From: Myxococcota bacterium
Lineage (GTDB): Bacteria; Myxococcota_A; SURF-8
NCBI GenBank assembly: GCA_965140415.1
Contig: OZ223209.1
Span: forward strand, 4,832,001 to 4,896,000
Direction: 5' to 3'
Length of the DNA: 64,000 bases
In this document: piece after piece, positions 9,569 through 19,898 of the stretch
Layout of the letters: each line of letters opens with the position of its first letter
Position numbering within the stretch: position 1 is the first letter of the stretch
Notes under the pieces: generated by a model
Databases searched by the model: none
What the model was told of the DNA's origin: nothing
The model's input: the letters and a program-made list of their open reading frames with translations, nothing else
Position numbers and translations under genes: made by a program

Positions 9569-11920
9569 ATGACGATTCGAGAATTGAAGCCCGAGCAATT
9601 GCGCGCACGCTGTAGCGCCGACAAAATGTCCTTCACCTCAACCGAACAAGTCAAGGAGTTGAAAGGCTCCATCGGCCAGGAACGCGCCATCCGCGCCATG
9701 CAGTTCGGACTCTCCAATAAAATGAAAGGGTTCAATATCTTCATCCTGGGCGATCCGGGTGCAGGTAAAACCTCGACCTTGCGTAATATCCTGATCGGCA
9801 AAGCGAAGCAGGAACCCAAGCCGCCGGATTGGATTTACGTTCACAATTTCGACGACGAAAACCGACCGCTGGCCTACCGCATGCCGGCGGGTAGCGGACA
9901 GCAGTTTAAAAAAGATATGGCCACCTTCGTTTCGGAACTGAAACGGATCATTCCGAAATTGCAGGAAGGCGAAGGCTACCTGCAATTGGGGCAACGCATC
10001 GAAGATAATTACCGCAAACGGGAAGAGGCGGCGCTGGCCAAGCTGCAACGCATCGGCAAGAAAAACGAGTTGCACATCGAACAGGTGTCCGGTGAACTGC
10101 TGATTCAGGTCGTGCGCGACGGTCACACGCTGGATCATGAGGAATTCGAGCAACTCACCAATGAGGAACGACGTTACTACGAGGAAAAAGTCCGCTCCAT
10201 CCATGAGGACATCGGCGAATTTCTGCGCGTGCAACGCCGCCTGGAGCGGGAAAAGCAGGAAAAAGTCCAGAAACTGGATCACGATCAGATCTTGAACCAC
10301 ACCGAAGAACTGGTGGCTGAACTGAAAAAACGTTACCAGAAAGTCGATGGTGTAAGCGGATGGCTGCACCAGATGTGGCAGTACATCCCGGATGCATTCA
10401 GGGACTATCAACTCGCCCAGGAAGCCCTGGAAAGCCCGATGGAAATGCCCTCGATGCCGCCGAGCCTGCCGGACTTCCAACAGTTTCAGGTGAATCTGCT
10501 GGTGAACAACAAAGACACCGTAGGTGCGCCGGTCGTTTTCGAAAACACGCCCACCTACCACAATCTGCTGGGTTGCGTGGAATACCAGGAACACTACGGA
10601 GTGTTATCGACGGACTTGACACTCGTGCGCGCCGGAGCCTTGCACCGCGCCAACGGAGGCTATCTGGTGATTCAGGTGAACGACCTGATGAAAAGCATGT
10701 ACGCTTGGGATGCGCTGAAGAAGTCGTTGCGCAACAAGGAAGTGCTGATCGACGAATTGGATATCGAAGCGCGTACGCGCTCCACCGTCAGCCCGAAACC
10801 CGCTGCAATTCCGTTACAGGTGAAAGTCATCCTGATCGGCAACTACGACGCCTATTATTTTCTGCTGAACTACGACGAGGATTTCTCGCGTCTGTTCAAG
10901 GTCAAGGCGGAATTCGACGACGTGGTTCCGCGCACCCGCAGCAACATCGCCAAATATGCCGGATTCATCAGCCGTCTGGTGCGCGAAGACAACCTGCTGC
11001 CCTTCCACGCCACCGCCATCGCCAAGATCATCGAGCAATGCTCGCGTATCGCCGAGCATCAAAACAAAATGAGCGCCCGCTTCATCCACCTGATCAACCT
11101 GGTCAGCGAAGCTAATTACTGGGCGGATTCCGAAGGAGCCAGGCAGGTCAAAGGAAGCCATGTTTCCATGGCGATCAAAGAGCGCAAGTGTCGCATGGGT
11201 AAAATCGAGGCCGACGTTTACGACCAGATCCGTGAAGGCACGGTGCTGATCGACACTCGTAAAAAAGTGGTTGGGCAAATCAACGGCATCGCCGTGTACG
11301 ACATGGGTGACCACGCATTCGGTATCCCTTCGCGCATCACCGCGCAAACCTACGCCGGGCGGCAGGGAATTTTGAACATCGACCGCGAAGCGGATCTGGC
11401 GGGAAAGATTCACAACAAGGCCGCATTGATCCTGATCGGTATTATCGGCAATCTCTACGCACAAAAACGCCCGCTGTCGCTGTCTGCGTCGATCGGCTTC
11501 GAGCAGATGTACGGAGAGGTGGACGGCGACTCGGCCAGTTGTGCGGAGCTGTTTGCACTGCTCTCCTCGCTTTCCAACGTTCCGGTGGATCAAGGTATCT
11601 GTGTAACAGGCTCCTTGAATCAGAAAGGCGAAGTTCAGCCCATCGGTGGAGTCAACGAAAAGATCGAAGGCGTCTATCACATTTGCAAAGCCAAAGGTCT
11701 GACCGGCAAGCAGGGAGTGGTGATTCCGCAGAAAAACAAGGTGAACCTGATGCTGGACGAGGAAGTCGTAGAAGCGGTGGAAAAGGGTAAATTCCACGTC
11801 TGGACGATCCGCAACATCAATGAAGGCATCCACATCATGCTGGGAGAAAGTCCCGCTAAAATTCACCAACTGGTGCGGAAACGATTAGGGCAACTGCACT
11901 CGGCGTTGGCGGAAGAATAG
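9569..11920 (+). CDS. Lon-like protease (AAA_32 + Lon_C, LonC type)
   Basis: GQERA, GDPGAGKT, GALHRANGGYL. Ser-Lys dyad motifs DGDSAS and GGVNEKIEG. Confidence 0.9.
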   Translation: MTIRELKPEQLRARCSADKMSFTSTEQVKELKGSIGQERAIRAMQFGLSNKMKGFNIFILGDPGAGKTSTLRNILIGKAKQEPKPPDWIYVHNFDDENRPLAYRMPAGSGQQFKKDMATFVSELKRIIPKLQEGEGYLQLGQRIEDNYRKREEAALAKLQRIGKKNELHIEQVSGELLIQVVRDGHTLDHEEFEQLTNEERRYYEEKVRSIHEDIGEFLRVQRRLEREKQEKVQKLDHDQILNHTEELVAELKKRYQKVDGVSGWLHQMWQYIPDAFRDYQLAQEALESPMEMPSMPPSLPDFQQFQVNLLVNNKDTVGAPVVFENTPTYHNLLGCVEYQEHYGVLSTDLTLVRAGALHRANGGYLVIQVNDLMKSMYAWDALKKSLRNKEVLIDELDIEARTRSTVSPKPAAIPLQVKVILIGNYDAYYFLLNYDEDFSRLFKVKAEFDDVVPRTRSNIAKYAGFISRLVREDNLLPFHATAIAKIIEQCSRIAEHQNKMSARFIHLINLVSEANYWADSEGARQVKGSHVSMAIKERKCRMGKIEADVYDQIREGTVLIDTRKKVVGQINGIAVYDMGDHAFGIPSRITAQTYAGRQGILNIDREADLAGKIHNKAALILIGIIGNLYAQKRPLSLSASIGFEQMYGEVDGDSASCAELFALLSSLSNVPVDQGICVTGSLNQKGEVQPIGGVNEKIEGVYHICKAKGLTGKQGVVIPQKNKVNLMLDEEVVEAVEKGKFHVWTIRNINEGIHIMLGESPAKIHQLVRKRLGQLHSALAEE

Positions 11921-12060
11921 TCTGCTGTTTTTAAGACGAGCAGTTGCCGTGCTCGTCTTTGTTCGCGCATCTCTCGCCCTTTTTTCCGTTACCTGTGCGC
12001 CGGATTCGTGTATCATACGTTTCAAGGAATTCCCCGCACGAACCGGAGGGTCTTGCTGCA

Positions 12061-12774
12061 ATGACGCACGATATCCTGTACCAACCATCATATGCCATGC
12101 TCAGCGTGCAGTTGCAGCCGGGCGATACGATCACGGCGGAAGCCGGAGCGATGGTCGGCATGTCATCCGGATTGGACATTCAAACCCGCCTGAATGCCTC
12201 CAAAGCTTCTGAAGGAAATTCTCTAGGGCGTCTGTTTTCCTGGTTGTTCGCCCTGTTAATCGCATTCGTTCGAAAGGCCGTGGCGAACGAAACCCTCTTC
12301 GTCAACGATTTCCAAGCCGGAGAGCAACGCGCCGAGGTGATGCTTTCACCCACGCTGCCTGGCGAGATCGTCCACCATCAACTCGATGAACATCCCATCT
12401 GCATCCAGGCAGGCGCGTATCTGGCCAACACGCCGGGAACAAACATCAACCTGAAATGGATGGGGTTGAAGGGCCTACTGGCGCGGGAGGGCCTGACCTA
12501 CCTGCGAGTGTGGGGTGAGGGAGAGTTGTGGTTCAATGCCTACGGCGGCATCCGTGAAATCCAGGTGGATGGCGAAGTCAAAGTGGATTCAGGACATCTG
12601 GTCGCTTTCGATGAAAACTTAGCGGTACGGATTAAAACCGTGGGTGGCGTACGTTCCACCGTCTTTTCAGGAGAAGGGATCGTACTGTCGTTTTCTGGGC
12701 AGGGGCGCGTTTGGTTGCAATCTCGCACATTGGCCGGGCTGGTAAACTGGCTCAATCCCATTTTGCCCAAATAG
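12061..12774 (+). CDS. TIGR00266/AIM24 family protein
   Basis: L.PGDTI.AEAGAM, VDSGHLVAFD, SGEG....FSG.GRVWLQSR. Confidence 0.88.
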   Translation: MTHDILYQPSYAMLSVQLQPGDTITAEAGAMVGMSSGLDIQTRLNASKASEGNSLGRLFSWLFALLIAFVRKAVANETLFVNDFQAGEQRAEVMLSPTLPGEIVHHQLDEHPICIQAGAYLANTPGTNINLKWMGLKGLLAREGLTYLRVWGEGELWFNAYGGIREIQVDGEVKVDSGHLVAFDENLAVRIKTVGGVRSTVFSGEGIVLSFSGQGRVWLQSRTLAGLVNWLNPILPK

Positions 12775-12786
12775 CGGAGTAAGGCA

Positions 12787-13452
12787 ATGCGCATTTCGAT
12801 CGAACATAATCCGGGATATTCATTGGCCTGCTGCCGCTTGCAACCGGGCGAGCAGATCCGGGCCGAGAGCGGAGCCATGCTCAGCATGTCTTCCAATATC
12901 TCCATCCAATCCTCTTCCGGCGGCATAGGCAAAGGCGTAAAACGGGCGCTATTCGGTGGTGAAAGCTTTTTCCAGAACCTGTTTACCGCAGAACATGCTC
13001 CCGGGGAGATTACACTCGCTCCGGCCTTACCCGGCGACATGGTGCAAGTAAAACTCGATGGCGATCTGCTACTTCAAGGCAGCGCCTACGTGGCCTCTGC
13101 CCCGGATATTCAAGTGGATACCGCCTTTATGGGAGTTAAAAGCCTGTTCGCCTCCAATCGCTTATTCATGCTCAAAGCCGTTGGAAAAGGACCGCTATTA
13201 CTGGGCGCTTTTGGTGCGATACATGAAATGAATCTCGACGGCGAATTCATTATCGACACCGGACACCTGCTGGCCTACGAATCGTCCCTGGATTTCGATA
13301 TTCAGCGCGTCGGCGGCTGGAAAAGCACCCTGCTCTCCGGCGAAGGGCTGGTCTGTCGTTTCAGCGGACAGGGACGCTTGTGGCTGCAAACACGCAACAG
13401 CGCGGCCTTCGGCCATCGTTTGACTCCGATTCTGCGGCCTATTGAAAGATAA
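12787..13452 (+). CDS. TIGR00266/AIM24 family protein
   Basis: AESGAM, GGESFFQN, IDTGHLLA, SGEGLVCRFSG.GRLWLQTR. Confidence 0.9.
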   Translation: MRISIEHNPGYSLACCRLQPGEQIRAESGAMLSMSSNISIQSSSGGIGKGVKRALFGGESFFQNLFTAEHAPGEITLAPALPGDMVQVKLDGDLLLQGSAYVASAPDIQVDTAFMGVKSLFASNRLFMLKAVGKGPLLLGAFGAIHEMNLDGEFIIDTGHLLAYESSLDFDIQRVGGWKSTLLSGEGLVCRFSGQGRLWLQTRNSAAFGHRLTPILRPIER

Positions 13453-13461
13453 GGAACGAGT

Positions 13462-14139
13462 ATGGAAAGCCGTATCGAATGCAAACCGGACTACAGCCTG
13501 TTACAGGTTACGCTGCAACCGGGTGAGCGTCTGGTGACCGAAAGCGGTGCGATGGTCGCCATGGACGGCAGCCTGCGCATAGAAACCGGTACGCGCGGCG
13601 GGATCATGCAGGGCTTAAAGCGTAAAATTCTGGGCGCGGAAAGCTTGTTCATCAACACCTACATCGCTCAGGAAAAGGCGGCGCGGGTGTGGCTGGCCCC
13701 CAAAACCAGCGGGGATCTGGAAAAAGTCCATCTCGACTCCCACGAATTCTTCCTGCAATCGGGTGCATTCGTGGCCAGTAGCGAAGGAGTTAGCATCGAT
13801 ACGAAATGGGGCGGCATCAAAACCTTTTTCGGTGTGGCAGGATTGTTCCTGCTTAAATGCAGCGGCAGCGGCGATCTGTGGTTCAACAGCTACGGCGGTC
13901 TGCGAGCGGTGGATGTCGAAGGCTCCCTGGTAGTGGACACCGGCGCGGTAGTCGCGTTTGAAGATACGCTGCGCTTCAAGATCCGATCCGTAGGAGGAAT
14001 GAAGTCCCTGTTGTTCAGCGGCGAAGGACTAATCTGCGACTTTTCCGGTGTCGGGCGGCTGTATCTACAAACTCGTCTGCCGGCGGCTTTTGCCGGATGG
14101 GCGCAACCTTTCCGGCAGCAGAAGCGTTCCAACCATTAA
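13462..14139 (+). CDS. TIGR00266/AIM24 family protein
   Basis: ESGAMVAM, ESLFIN, VDTG.VVAFE, SGEGLICDFSG.GRLYLQTR. Confidence 0.9.
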   Translation: MESRIECKPDYSLLQVTLQPGERLVTESGAMVAMDGSLRIETGTRGGIMQGLKRKILGAESLFINTYIAQEKAARVWLAPKTSGDLEKVHLDSHEFFLQSGAFVASSEGVSIDTKWGGIKTFFGVAGLFLLKCSGSGDLWFNSYGGLRAVDVEGSLVVDTGAVVAFEDTLRFKIRSVGGMKSLLFSGEGLICDFSGVGRLYLQTRLPAAFAGWAQPFRQQKRSNH

Positions 14140-14168
14140 AGGAAGATGGCAAACGGAGAAAGGCGGAT

Positions 14169-16505
14169 ATGCTAAAGCGGCAAAGCGGACTTTTCAAAAT
14201 GACGACTTTTCGTATCAGTCTGTGCATCTCGTTCTTGCTTCTCGTTCTTGTTTTCTTTAAAGAACAGCGCGGCTGGGAGATCGCCTGGTTCGACTTGATG
14301 GAACTGAAGGCACTGGATGTCAAGTTCCTGGATCGCGGCGAGCGTCCGGAACACGGCCAGGTCGCCATTGCCGCCATAGATGAACGTTCTATGGAAGCCT
14401 ATGGACGCTTTCCCTGGAACCGCATCATCATCGCGCAACTAATCGCCAAACTGGCGCAGGCTCAGGCTAAAGTAATCGCTTTCGATATCAATTTCACGGA
14501 CCGCGATCAATCGCAATTGCCGTTGATCATGAAAGCCGTTGCCGAGCAGGTCGGTGCGTTACAACCGCCGGGTTGTGAAAACGACGCCTGCGAACCCTTG
14601 CGCGCAGCGCTGGTATCGGAATTGAACACCCAAAGCGTCGAAGCCGACCCGGATCGTATTCTGTCGGACACCATCGAGCAGGCAGGTAACGTGATTCTGG
14701 GTTTCTGGATTTTCAACGACCGCAAGGAAGTCGCCCAACTGGATCAGAAACGCCTGCGGGAAGGCCTGCAACTGTTGGAGCCGTCCCGCATCGGGCTGTT
14801 TCAGTCGCTCGACCCCGAAGCGGAAAAAGACTATCCCTTGCAATTACCCAAAAGCGTGGCGGCTAGAGCACCTCTGCCGGTTTTCGCCAAAGCCACAGAA
14901 GCCTTCGGGCATTTCAGTTTCATTCCCGATACCGACGGCGCCCTGCGCTGGGGCAGCCTGATCAAAGAGGTGGAAAATCCCACTGGAAACGTGCACCTGA
15001 TCTATCCTTCTCTTTCACTTAAAGCCGCCTCCATGATGCTCGACAGCGAAATTGTGCTACACACCTATCCGGGCGGCGTGGACAGCATCACCTTGGGACT
15101 GGGCGAGCAGGCGGTTCGTATCCCGACCGATTCAACGGGCCGGCTGCTGATCAACTACTATGGACGGATGAACGTCTTCCCGACTTACTCGGTGCTGGAT
15201 ATTCTTCAGGGTAAGATCGACCCGGAACAATTCAAAGACAAAGTCGTGCTGGTGGGCGCAACGGCAATCGGTCTCTACGATCTGCGCGTAACACCCTTTC
15301 AGGAGAATTTTCCCGGAGTGGAAATTCACGCCAGCATCATAGACAACATCCTGAACCGGAATTTTTTAGCGCGTCCTTACTGGGGCTTCGGCTTCGAACT
15401 GGCACTGATCCTCTTTTTCGGCGTACTGTTCGGAATCATGCTGGGGCGGCTGCCTGCGCTGTGGGGTGCATTGTTCACGATTTTCGTTCTGGGCACTTAC
15501 TATCAGTTGGACAAGCACCTGTTTTTCGCAAACGGTCACTACGTGCGCTCGGTGCTGCCGTTGACCCAGGCATTCGTGATTTTTCTGGTCTGTTACGTCT
15601 ACCGCTACGTCACCGAAGAGCGCGAGAAAAAGCGTACCCGCGCGGCCTTTACCCAATACCTGCACAAAGACGTCGTCGATAGCGTCATGCAGGATTTCGA
15701 CAGGCTGAAGCTGGGCGGCGAAAAGCGCGACATCACCGTCATGTTCTGCGACATCCGCAGTTTCACCTCCTTCTCCGAAAAGCTTTCTCCGGAATCGCTG
15801 GGGCAGGTGCTAACGGAATACTTCAACCCCATGACGGACATCATCTTCGAAAATCGCGGCGTACTGGATAAGTACATCGGCGACTGCATCATGGCCTTCT
15901 GGGGTGCGCCTCAGCCGAATGAGAGCCAGGCGGAACTGGCCTGCCGCACCTCGCTGGATATGCTGGTCAAGCTCGAAGAATTGAACCAGACCTGGAATCG
16001 ACGTGGCCTGCCGCCTCTGGACATCGGTATCGGTTTGAACAGCGGACCGATGTGGGTGGGGAACATGGGTTCGCACGTGCGCTTCGACTACACCGTAATC
16101 GGTGACCACGTGAACCTGTCCTCGCGGCTGGAAGGCACCAATAAACAGTATGGCACACACGTGATCATCTCGGAGTTTACCTATGCGCAGATCAAAGACC
16201 GTTTCGTCTGTCGCGAGTTGGATTCCATCCGCGTCAAAGGTAAAAAGGAACCGGTCACGATTTATGAACTGCTGGCCGATAACAGTGAACAGACGGATCT
16301 GGAACCGCTCGTGCAGGCATTCGAACGCGGACTAACCCTGTACCGCCGCCAGCAGTGGAGTGAAGCCATTAAGGCTTTTCACGACGTTCTGCTGATCCGG
16401 CCTGACGACCGCGCCTCCAAGCTGTTCGTCGACCGCTGTCATTATTATCAGACCCAACCGCCGTCCGCCGATTGGGACGGCGTCTACACCATGACGACCA
16501 AATAA
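14169..16505 (+). CDS. CHASE2-domain adenylate/guanylate cyclase
   Basis: CHASE2 (IDERS..YGRFPW.R, D.DG.LR, PGVEIHA) followed by TM helices. Class III cyclase motifs FCDIRSFT, DKYIGDCIMAFWGAP, DYTVIGD.VNLSSRLE; the K/D specificity residues suggest ATP. Confidence 0.92.
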   Translation: MLKRQSGLFKMTTFRISLCISFLLLVLVFFKEQRGWEIAWFDLMELKALDVKFLDRGERPEHGQVAIAAIDERSMEAYGRFPWNRIIIAQLIAKLAQAQAKVIAFDINFTDRDQSQLPLIMKAVAEQVGALQPPGCENDACEPLRAALVSELNTQSVEADPDRILSDTIEQAGNVILGFWIFNDRKEVAQLDQKRLREGLQLLEPSRIGLFQSLDPEAEKDYPLQLPKSVAARAPLPVFAKATEAFGHFSFIPDTDGALRWGSLIKEVENPTGNVHLIYPSLSLKAASMMLDSEIVLHTYPGGVDSITLGLGEQAVRIPTDSTGRLLINYYGRMNVFPTYSVLDILQGKIDPEQFKDKVVLVGATAIGLYDLRVTPFQENFPGVEIHASIIDNILNRNFLARPYWGFGFELALILFFGVLFGIMLGRLPALWGALFTIFVLGTYYQLDKHLFFANGHYVRSVLPLTQAFVIFLVCYVYRYVTEEREKKRTRAAFTQYLHKDVVDSVMQDFDRLKLGGEKRDITVMFCDIRSFTSFSEKLSPESLGQVLTEYFNPMTDIIFENRGVLDKYIGDCIMAFWGAPQPNESQAELACRTSLDMLVKLEELNQTWNRRGLPPLDIGIGLNSGPMWVGNMGSHVRFDYTVIGDHVNLSSRLEGTNKQYGTHVIISEFTYAQIKDRFVCRELDSIRVKGKKEPVTIYELLADNSEQTDLEPLVQAFERGLTLYRRQQWSEAIKAFHDVLLIRPDDRASKLFVDRCHYYQTQPPSADWDGVYTMTTK

Positions 16506-16517
16506 GGCAATCGAGAC

Positions 16518-17828
16518 ATGAGTACGAGTTTCAATGCTGCCGTGCAATGGCTGTACGGGCTACAGGCGCTGGGCATCAAATTTGGGCTTTCCAACATGCG
16601 CGAACTCTGTCGTATCCTTGGAAATCCGGAAAAAGAATTGGCAATGGTGCATGTGGCCGGAACGAATGGCAAGGGTTCCACTGCCGCCTTCATCACTGAA
16701 ATTGCCAGACAGGCCGGCTTGCGCTGCGGTCTGGCCACCTCGCCGCACATTCTCGATATTACCGAGCGCATCCGCATCGGCAGCAAAGCGATTCCACGCA
16801 ACCGATTTCGCCAACTGACAGAGCGCTTGCAACAAGCGGTAGCCGATGCCAATAAAAAACCACGCAAACAAGCGCTGTCCCCGACTTTCTTCGAGGCGAT
16901 CATCGCCATTACGTTCATGTACTTCAATGAAGAAAGGGTGGATCTGGCAGTGATCGAAACGGGATTGGGCGGACGATTGGATTCCACCAACGTCATTACG
17001 CCGAGGTTATCCATCATCATGTCCATCGGTCTGGAGCATACCGAATACCTGGGCAACACCATCACCAAGGTCGCACGAGAGAAAGCGGGAATCATCAAAC
17101 CCGGAGTACCGGTACTCAGCGCAACCGGTGATGCCCAAGCGCAATCGGTCATTGAAAAAACGGCAAAAAGCCGAAAGGCCAGGCTATTTAGCTATGGAAA
17201 AGAATTTAGCGGCCAGGCCACGGGTAAGAGTCTGAGCTACCGTGACGAGCAACACGCGCTGAATCGCTTGCAGCCTCAACTGGCGGGTGACTATCAGGTC
17301 ATCAATGCCTCGGTGGCCGTGCAGGCCGCCTATCAGCTTGCCGAGCAGGGCTTCCCGATTACGGAAACTCATATCCGGCGCGGCATACGAGAAACACGCT
17401 GGCCGGGTCGCCTCGAACGATTCCAGCATAAGCCGCCATGGCTGATCGATTGCGCCCACAATCCGCACGCCATGCAGGCGTTGGCGCGGCATTTAAAGGA
17501 AAACTACGCAGGCTATCGCATCCTTGCGGTGTTTGCGGCTATGAAGGACAAAGACTATCCCAGCATGTTGGCAACGCTTCAGCCTTTTGTCAGTCGCTGG
17601 ATTCTGACCAAGCCGCATATTCCACGCGCAGAACGCGCGGAAACACTGGCCACGCATCTAACCAAAGAAGACGTGCGCACACGCGGCAGAGTATCCGAAG
17701 CCTTGGCCCTGGCACGGAGCATGGAAACAGACTTCGATCTGGTCTTGATCTGCGGCTCGATCTTTCTTGTCGGTGAAAGTTATCGCGCGGTGAAACGTCA
17801 CACCAACGATACGACCAAGTTGGTTTGA
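16518..17828 (+). CDS. folC: Folylpolyglutamate synthase/dihydrofolate synthase
   Basis: HVAGTNGKGS, TSPH, ETGLGGRLDSTN, WPGRLE, DCAHN. Confidence 0.95.
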   Translation: MSTSFNAAVQWLYGLQALGIKFGLSNMRELCRILGNPEKELAMVHVAGTNGKGSTAAFITEIARQAGLRCGLATSPHILDITERIRIGSKAIPRNRFRQLTERLQQAVADANKKPRKQALSPTFFEAIIAITFMYFNEERVDLAVIETGLGGRLDSTNVITPRLSIIMSIGLEHTEYLGNTITKVAREKAGIIKPGVPVLSATGDAQAQSVIEKTAKSRKARLFSYGKEFSGQATGKSLSYRDEQHALNRLQPQLAGDYQVINASVAVQAAYQLAEQGFPITETHIRRGIRETRWPGRLERFQHKPPWLIDCAHNPHAMQALARHLKENYAGYRILAVFAAMKDKDYPSMLATLQPFVSRWILTKPHIPRAERAETLATHLTKEDVRTRGRVSEALALARSMETDFDLVLICGSIFLVGESYRAVKRHTNDTTKLV

Positions 17829-17873
17829 TCGATACATGGAAACGCCATCGGCGTTTTTAACGATAGAGGACTC

Positions 17874-19376
17874 GTGGATATGACGAAATTAAGACGTAGC
17901 ATTATTGTAGAAGCTCGTAGTCTTGCATGGGCATGGCTTCTGTTTTCCCTGCTGATCCTTTGGACGTGGCCGACAATCGGTTTTTCGCAGGAACAGGCAA
18001 AAGAGAATAATCGTATCGAGTCCCTGTTGTTACAATGGAATTCATCCAGCGCCGTTCTACATATTCAAGCCAACTACAAACCGGTACTGAGCAGCTACCT
18101 GCTTTCCAATCCCGAGCGACTGGTATTGGATTTTCCCAATTCCGAATTAAAACCCGGCGTGCAGTCGCCCCCTGGTGGTAACGCCCTGATATCGCATATC
18201 GAGTTGGATGAGCAGGCAGCAAGTGAAAACACGGTCCGCGTGGTGCTGTACTTGCAGGCTCCGGTGGACTACTCCATCTCACACGAAAAAAATACACTTA
18301 CCTTGATATTGCAACCGATGCCGGGTAGCGTTCCGGTGGCCATGGTTACGCCTTCGCCATCTAAGGCGCAAATGGATGCAGAGAAGAAACGCCTGGAGGA
18401 AGAGCGCCGCAAGCAGCAGAAAGCCGAGCGGCTACGTCAGGAAGAAGAACGTCGCAAACAACAAGAGGCCGAGCGCCTGCGCCTGGAGGAAGAGCGCCGC
18501 AAGCAGCAAGAAGCTGAGCGTTTGCGTCTGGAGGAAGAGCGCCGCAAGCAACAAGAAGCCGAGCGGCTGCGCCTGGAGGAAGAACGCCGCAAGCAACAAG
18601 AAGCCGAGCGCCTGCGCCTGGAGGAAGAACGCCGCAAGCAACAAGAAGCCGAGCGCCTGCGCCTGGAGGAAGAACGCCGCAAGCAACAAGAAGCCGAGCG
18701 CCTGCGCCTGGAACAAGAGCGTCTCAAGCAGCAAGAGGCCGAGCGCCTGCGCTTGGAGGAAGAACGCCGCGAACAAGCCGCCGAGCGAGCTCGCCTGGAA
18801 GAGGAACAGCGGCGAAAGCAGGAGGCAGAGCGTTTGCGTCTGCAACAACAACAGCAACGCGAACAGGCAGAACGGGAACGACTGGAACAGCAGCGCCTGC
18901 GGCAACAGCAAGAAGAGCGCCGACAGCAGGAGGAAGAAGCCAGGCAGAAAGCGTTGGAGCGAGAGAGACTGGAGCGTCTGCGGGCTAAAACTGATACGCG
19001 CGAAGTCGTGCCGTCTCTTCCCACGAAGAAACTCACACCCATATCTTCCGGACCTGCAACCGTGCGCCGTATCGGCTTTCATCCGGAAGTTGAATATATC
19101 CGGGTGAACATCATGTTCGACAAACCGACCGATTTCGGCTACGAGTGGCAAAGCCCGACTTTACTATTGGTGCATTTCTCACCGGCACGAGTAACCAACA
19201 AGGTCAATCTGCTTCCTCTGTATACGCGCGCTTTCGGTACAGCAGTCTCCGCCATCCGGCCCGACTGGGACAGCCGCAAGCAAATCGTGACCTTGCGCAT
19301 CGAGTTGAATCGGGAATGTTCGGTTCGGATTCAAAGAGAACAGAATGATGTGGACATTCTTCTTGGAGCCGACTGA
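17874..19376 (+). CDS. Exported AMIN-domain protein with long E/R/K/Q helical repeat
   Basis: Signal-like N-terminus, AMIN motif LSNPERLVLDF, central 15-aa repeats, second AMIN-like C-terminal domain. Confidence 0.75.
   Translation: MDMTKLRRSIIVEARSLAWAWLLFSLLILWTWPTIGFSQEQAKENNRIESLLLQWNSSSAVLHIQANYKPVLSSYLLSNPERLVLDFPNSELKPGVQSPPGGNALISHIELDEQAASENTVRVVLYLQAPVDYSISHEKNTLTLILQPMPGSVPVAMVTPSPSKAQMDAEKKRLEEERRKQQKAERLRQEEERRKQQEAERLRLEEERRKQQEAERLRLEEERRKQQEAERLRLEEERRKQQEAERLRLEEERRKQQEAERLRLEEERRKQQEAERLRLEQERLKQQEAERLRLEEERREQAAERARLEEEQRRKQEAERLRLQQQQQREQAERERLEQQRLRQQQEERRQQEEEARQKALERERLERLRAKTDTREVVPSLPTKKLTPISSGPATVRRIGFHPEVEYIRVNIMFDKPTDFGYEWQSPTLLLVHFSPARVTNKVNLLPLYTRAFGTAVSAIRPDWDSRKQIVTLRIELNRECSVRIQREQNDVDILLGAD
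18391..18770 (+). repeat. Intragenic 45-bp tandem repeat (about 8 units of EEERRKQQEAERLRL)
   Basis: Visible repetition of CTGGAGGAAGA(G/A)CGCCGCAAGCA(G/A)CAAGAAGCCGAGCGCCTGCGC. Confidence 0.9.
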
Positions 19377-19402
19377 GAGTTACATCGCAACAATTTAAAA
19401 CG

Positions 19403-19429
19403 AAAAAACCGGAAGCATGTGCTTCCGGT
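19403..19429 (-). terminator. Intrinsic terminator between convergent genes
   Basis: ACCGGAAGCA-TG-TGCTTCCGGT hairpin with an A6 run on its left (U-tract on the minus strand). Confidence 0.65.
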
Positions 19430-19505
19430 CCATGTTCCGTTCAATCGAAACTCGTTCTGCTAACAAGAGCGAATGGTCACCAAGGAAATTACAGGTTTTC
19501 TCGGT

Positions 19506-19871
19506 TTAGGCGTACGCCTCCATCGCTTGCTGGTAACGATAGGTCTGCTTGACATAATCATCCAGCAGTTCCTGATCGGCCATTTTCATTTCCAAAAACT
19601 GCAAACCCATACCAGGAAAGAAGTTAATCGAATTTTCCTGGCTGCGCGTCCAGGTCACAATTCCCTTCGCGATGATTTTTCGATTGTAACTGGTCAGGAA
19701 AAAACTGATATCCACTGCGGAACCAACCGGCAGCAGATCCTGAGTCGAAACGAAGAGTCCGTCGGCAGACAGATTTTCCAAGCATCCGATCGACACGCTG
19801 GGACCAGCGTATAAACTCGTAAAACCCTCAATCGGAACGCGCTCAGAAATGCGTTTTTCCCTTGCGGTCAT
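19506..19871 (-). CDS. PilZ-domain protein (TIGR02266-like)
   Basis: EKRISER (RxxxR), NLSADGLFV (NxSxxG), GMGLQF. AGGAGA RBS before ATG 19871. Confidence 0.85.
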   Translation of the reverse strand: MTAREKRISERVPIEGFTSLYAGPSVSIGCLENLSADGLFVSTQDLLPVGSAVDISFFLTSYNRKIIAKGIVTWTRSQENSINFFPGMGLQFLEMKMADQELLDDYVKQTYRYQQAMEAYA

Positions 19872-19898
19872 TGAAATCTCCTGTTGTGACAATATCCG

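Noticed and set aside
18432-19151. Long antisense ORFs over the 45-bp repeat
   Set aside because: Shadow ORFs caused by stop-free repetitive sequence.
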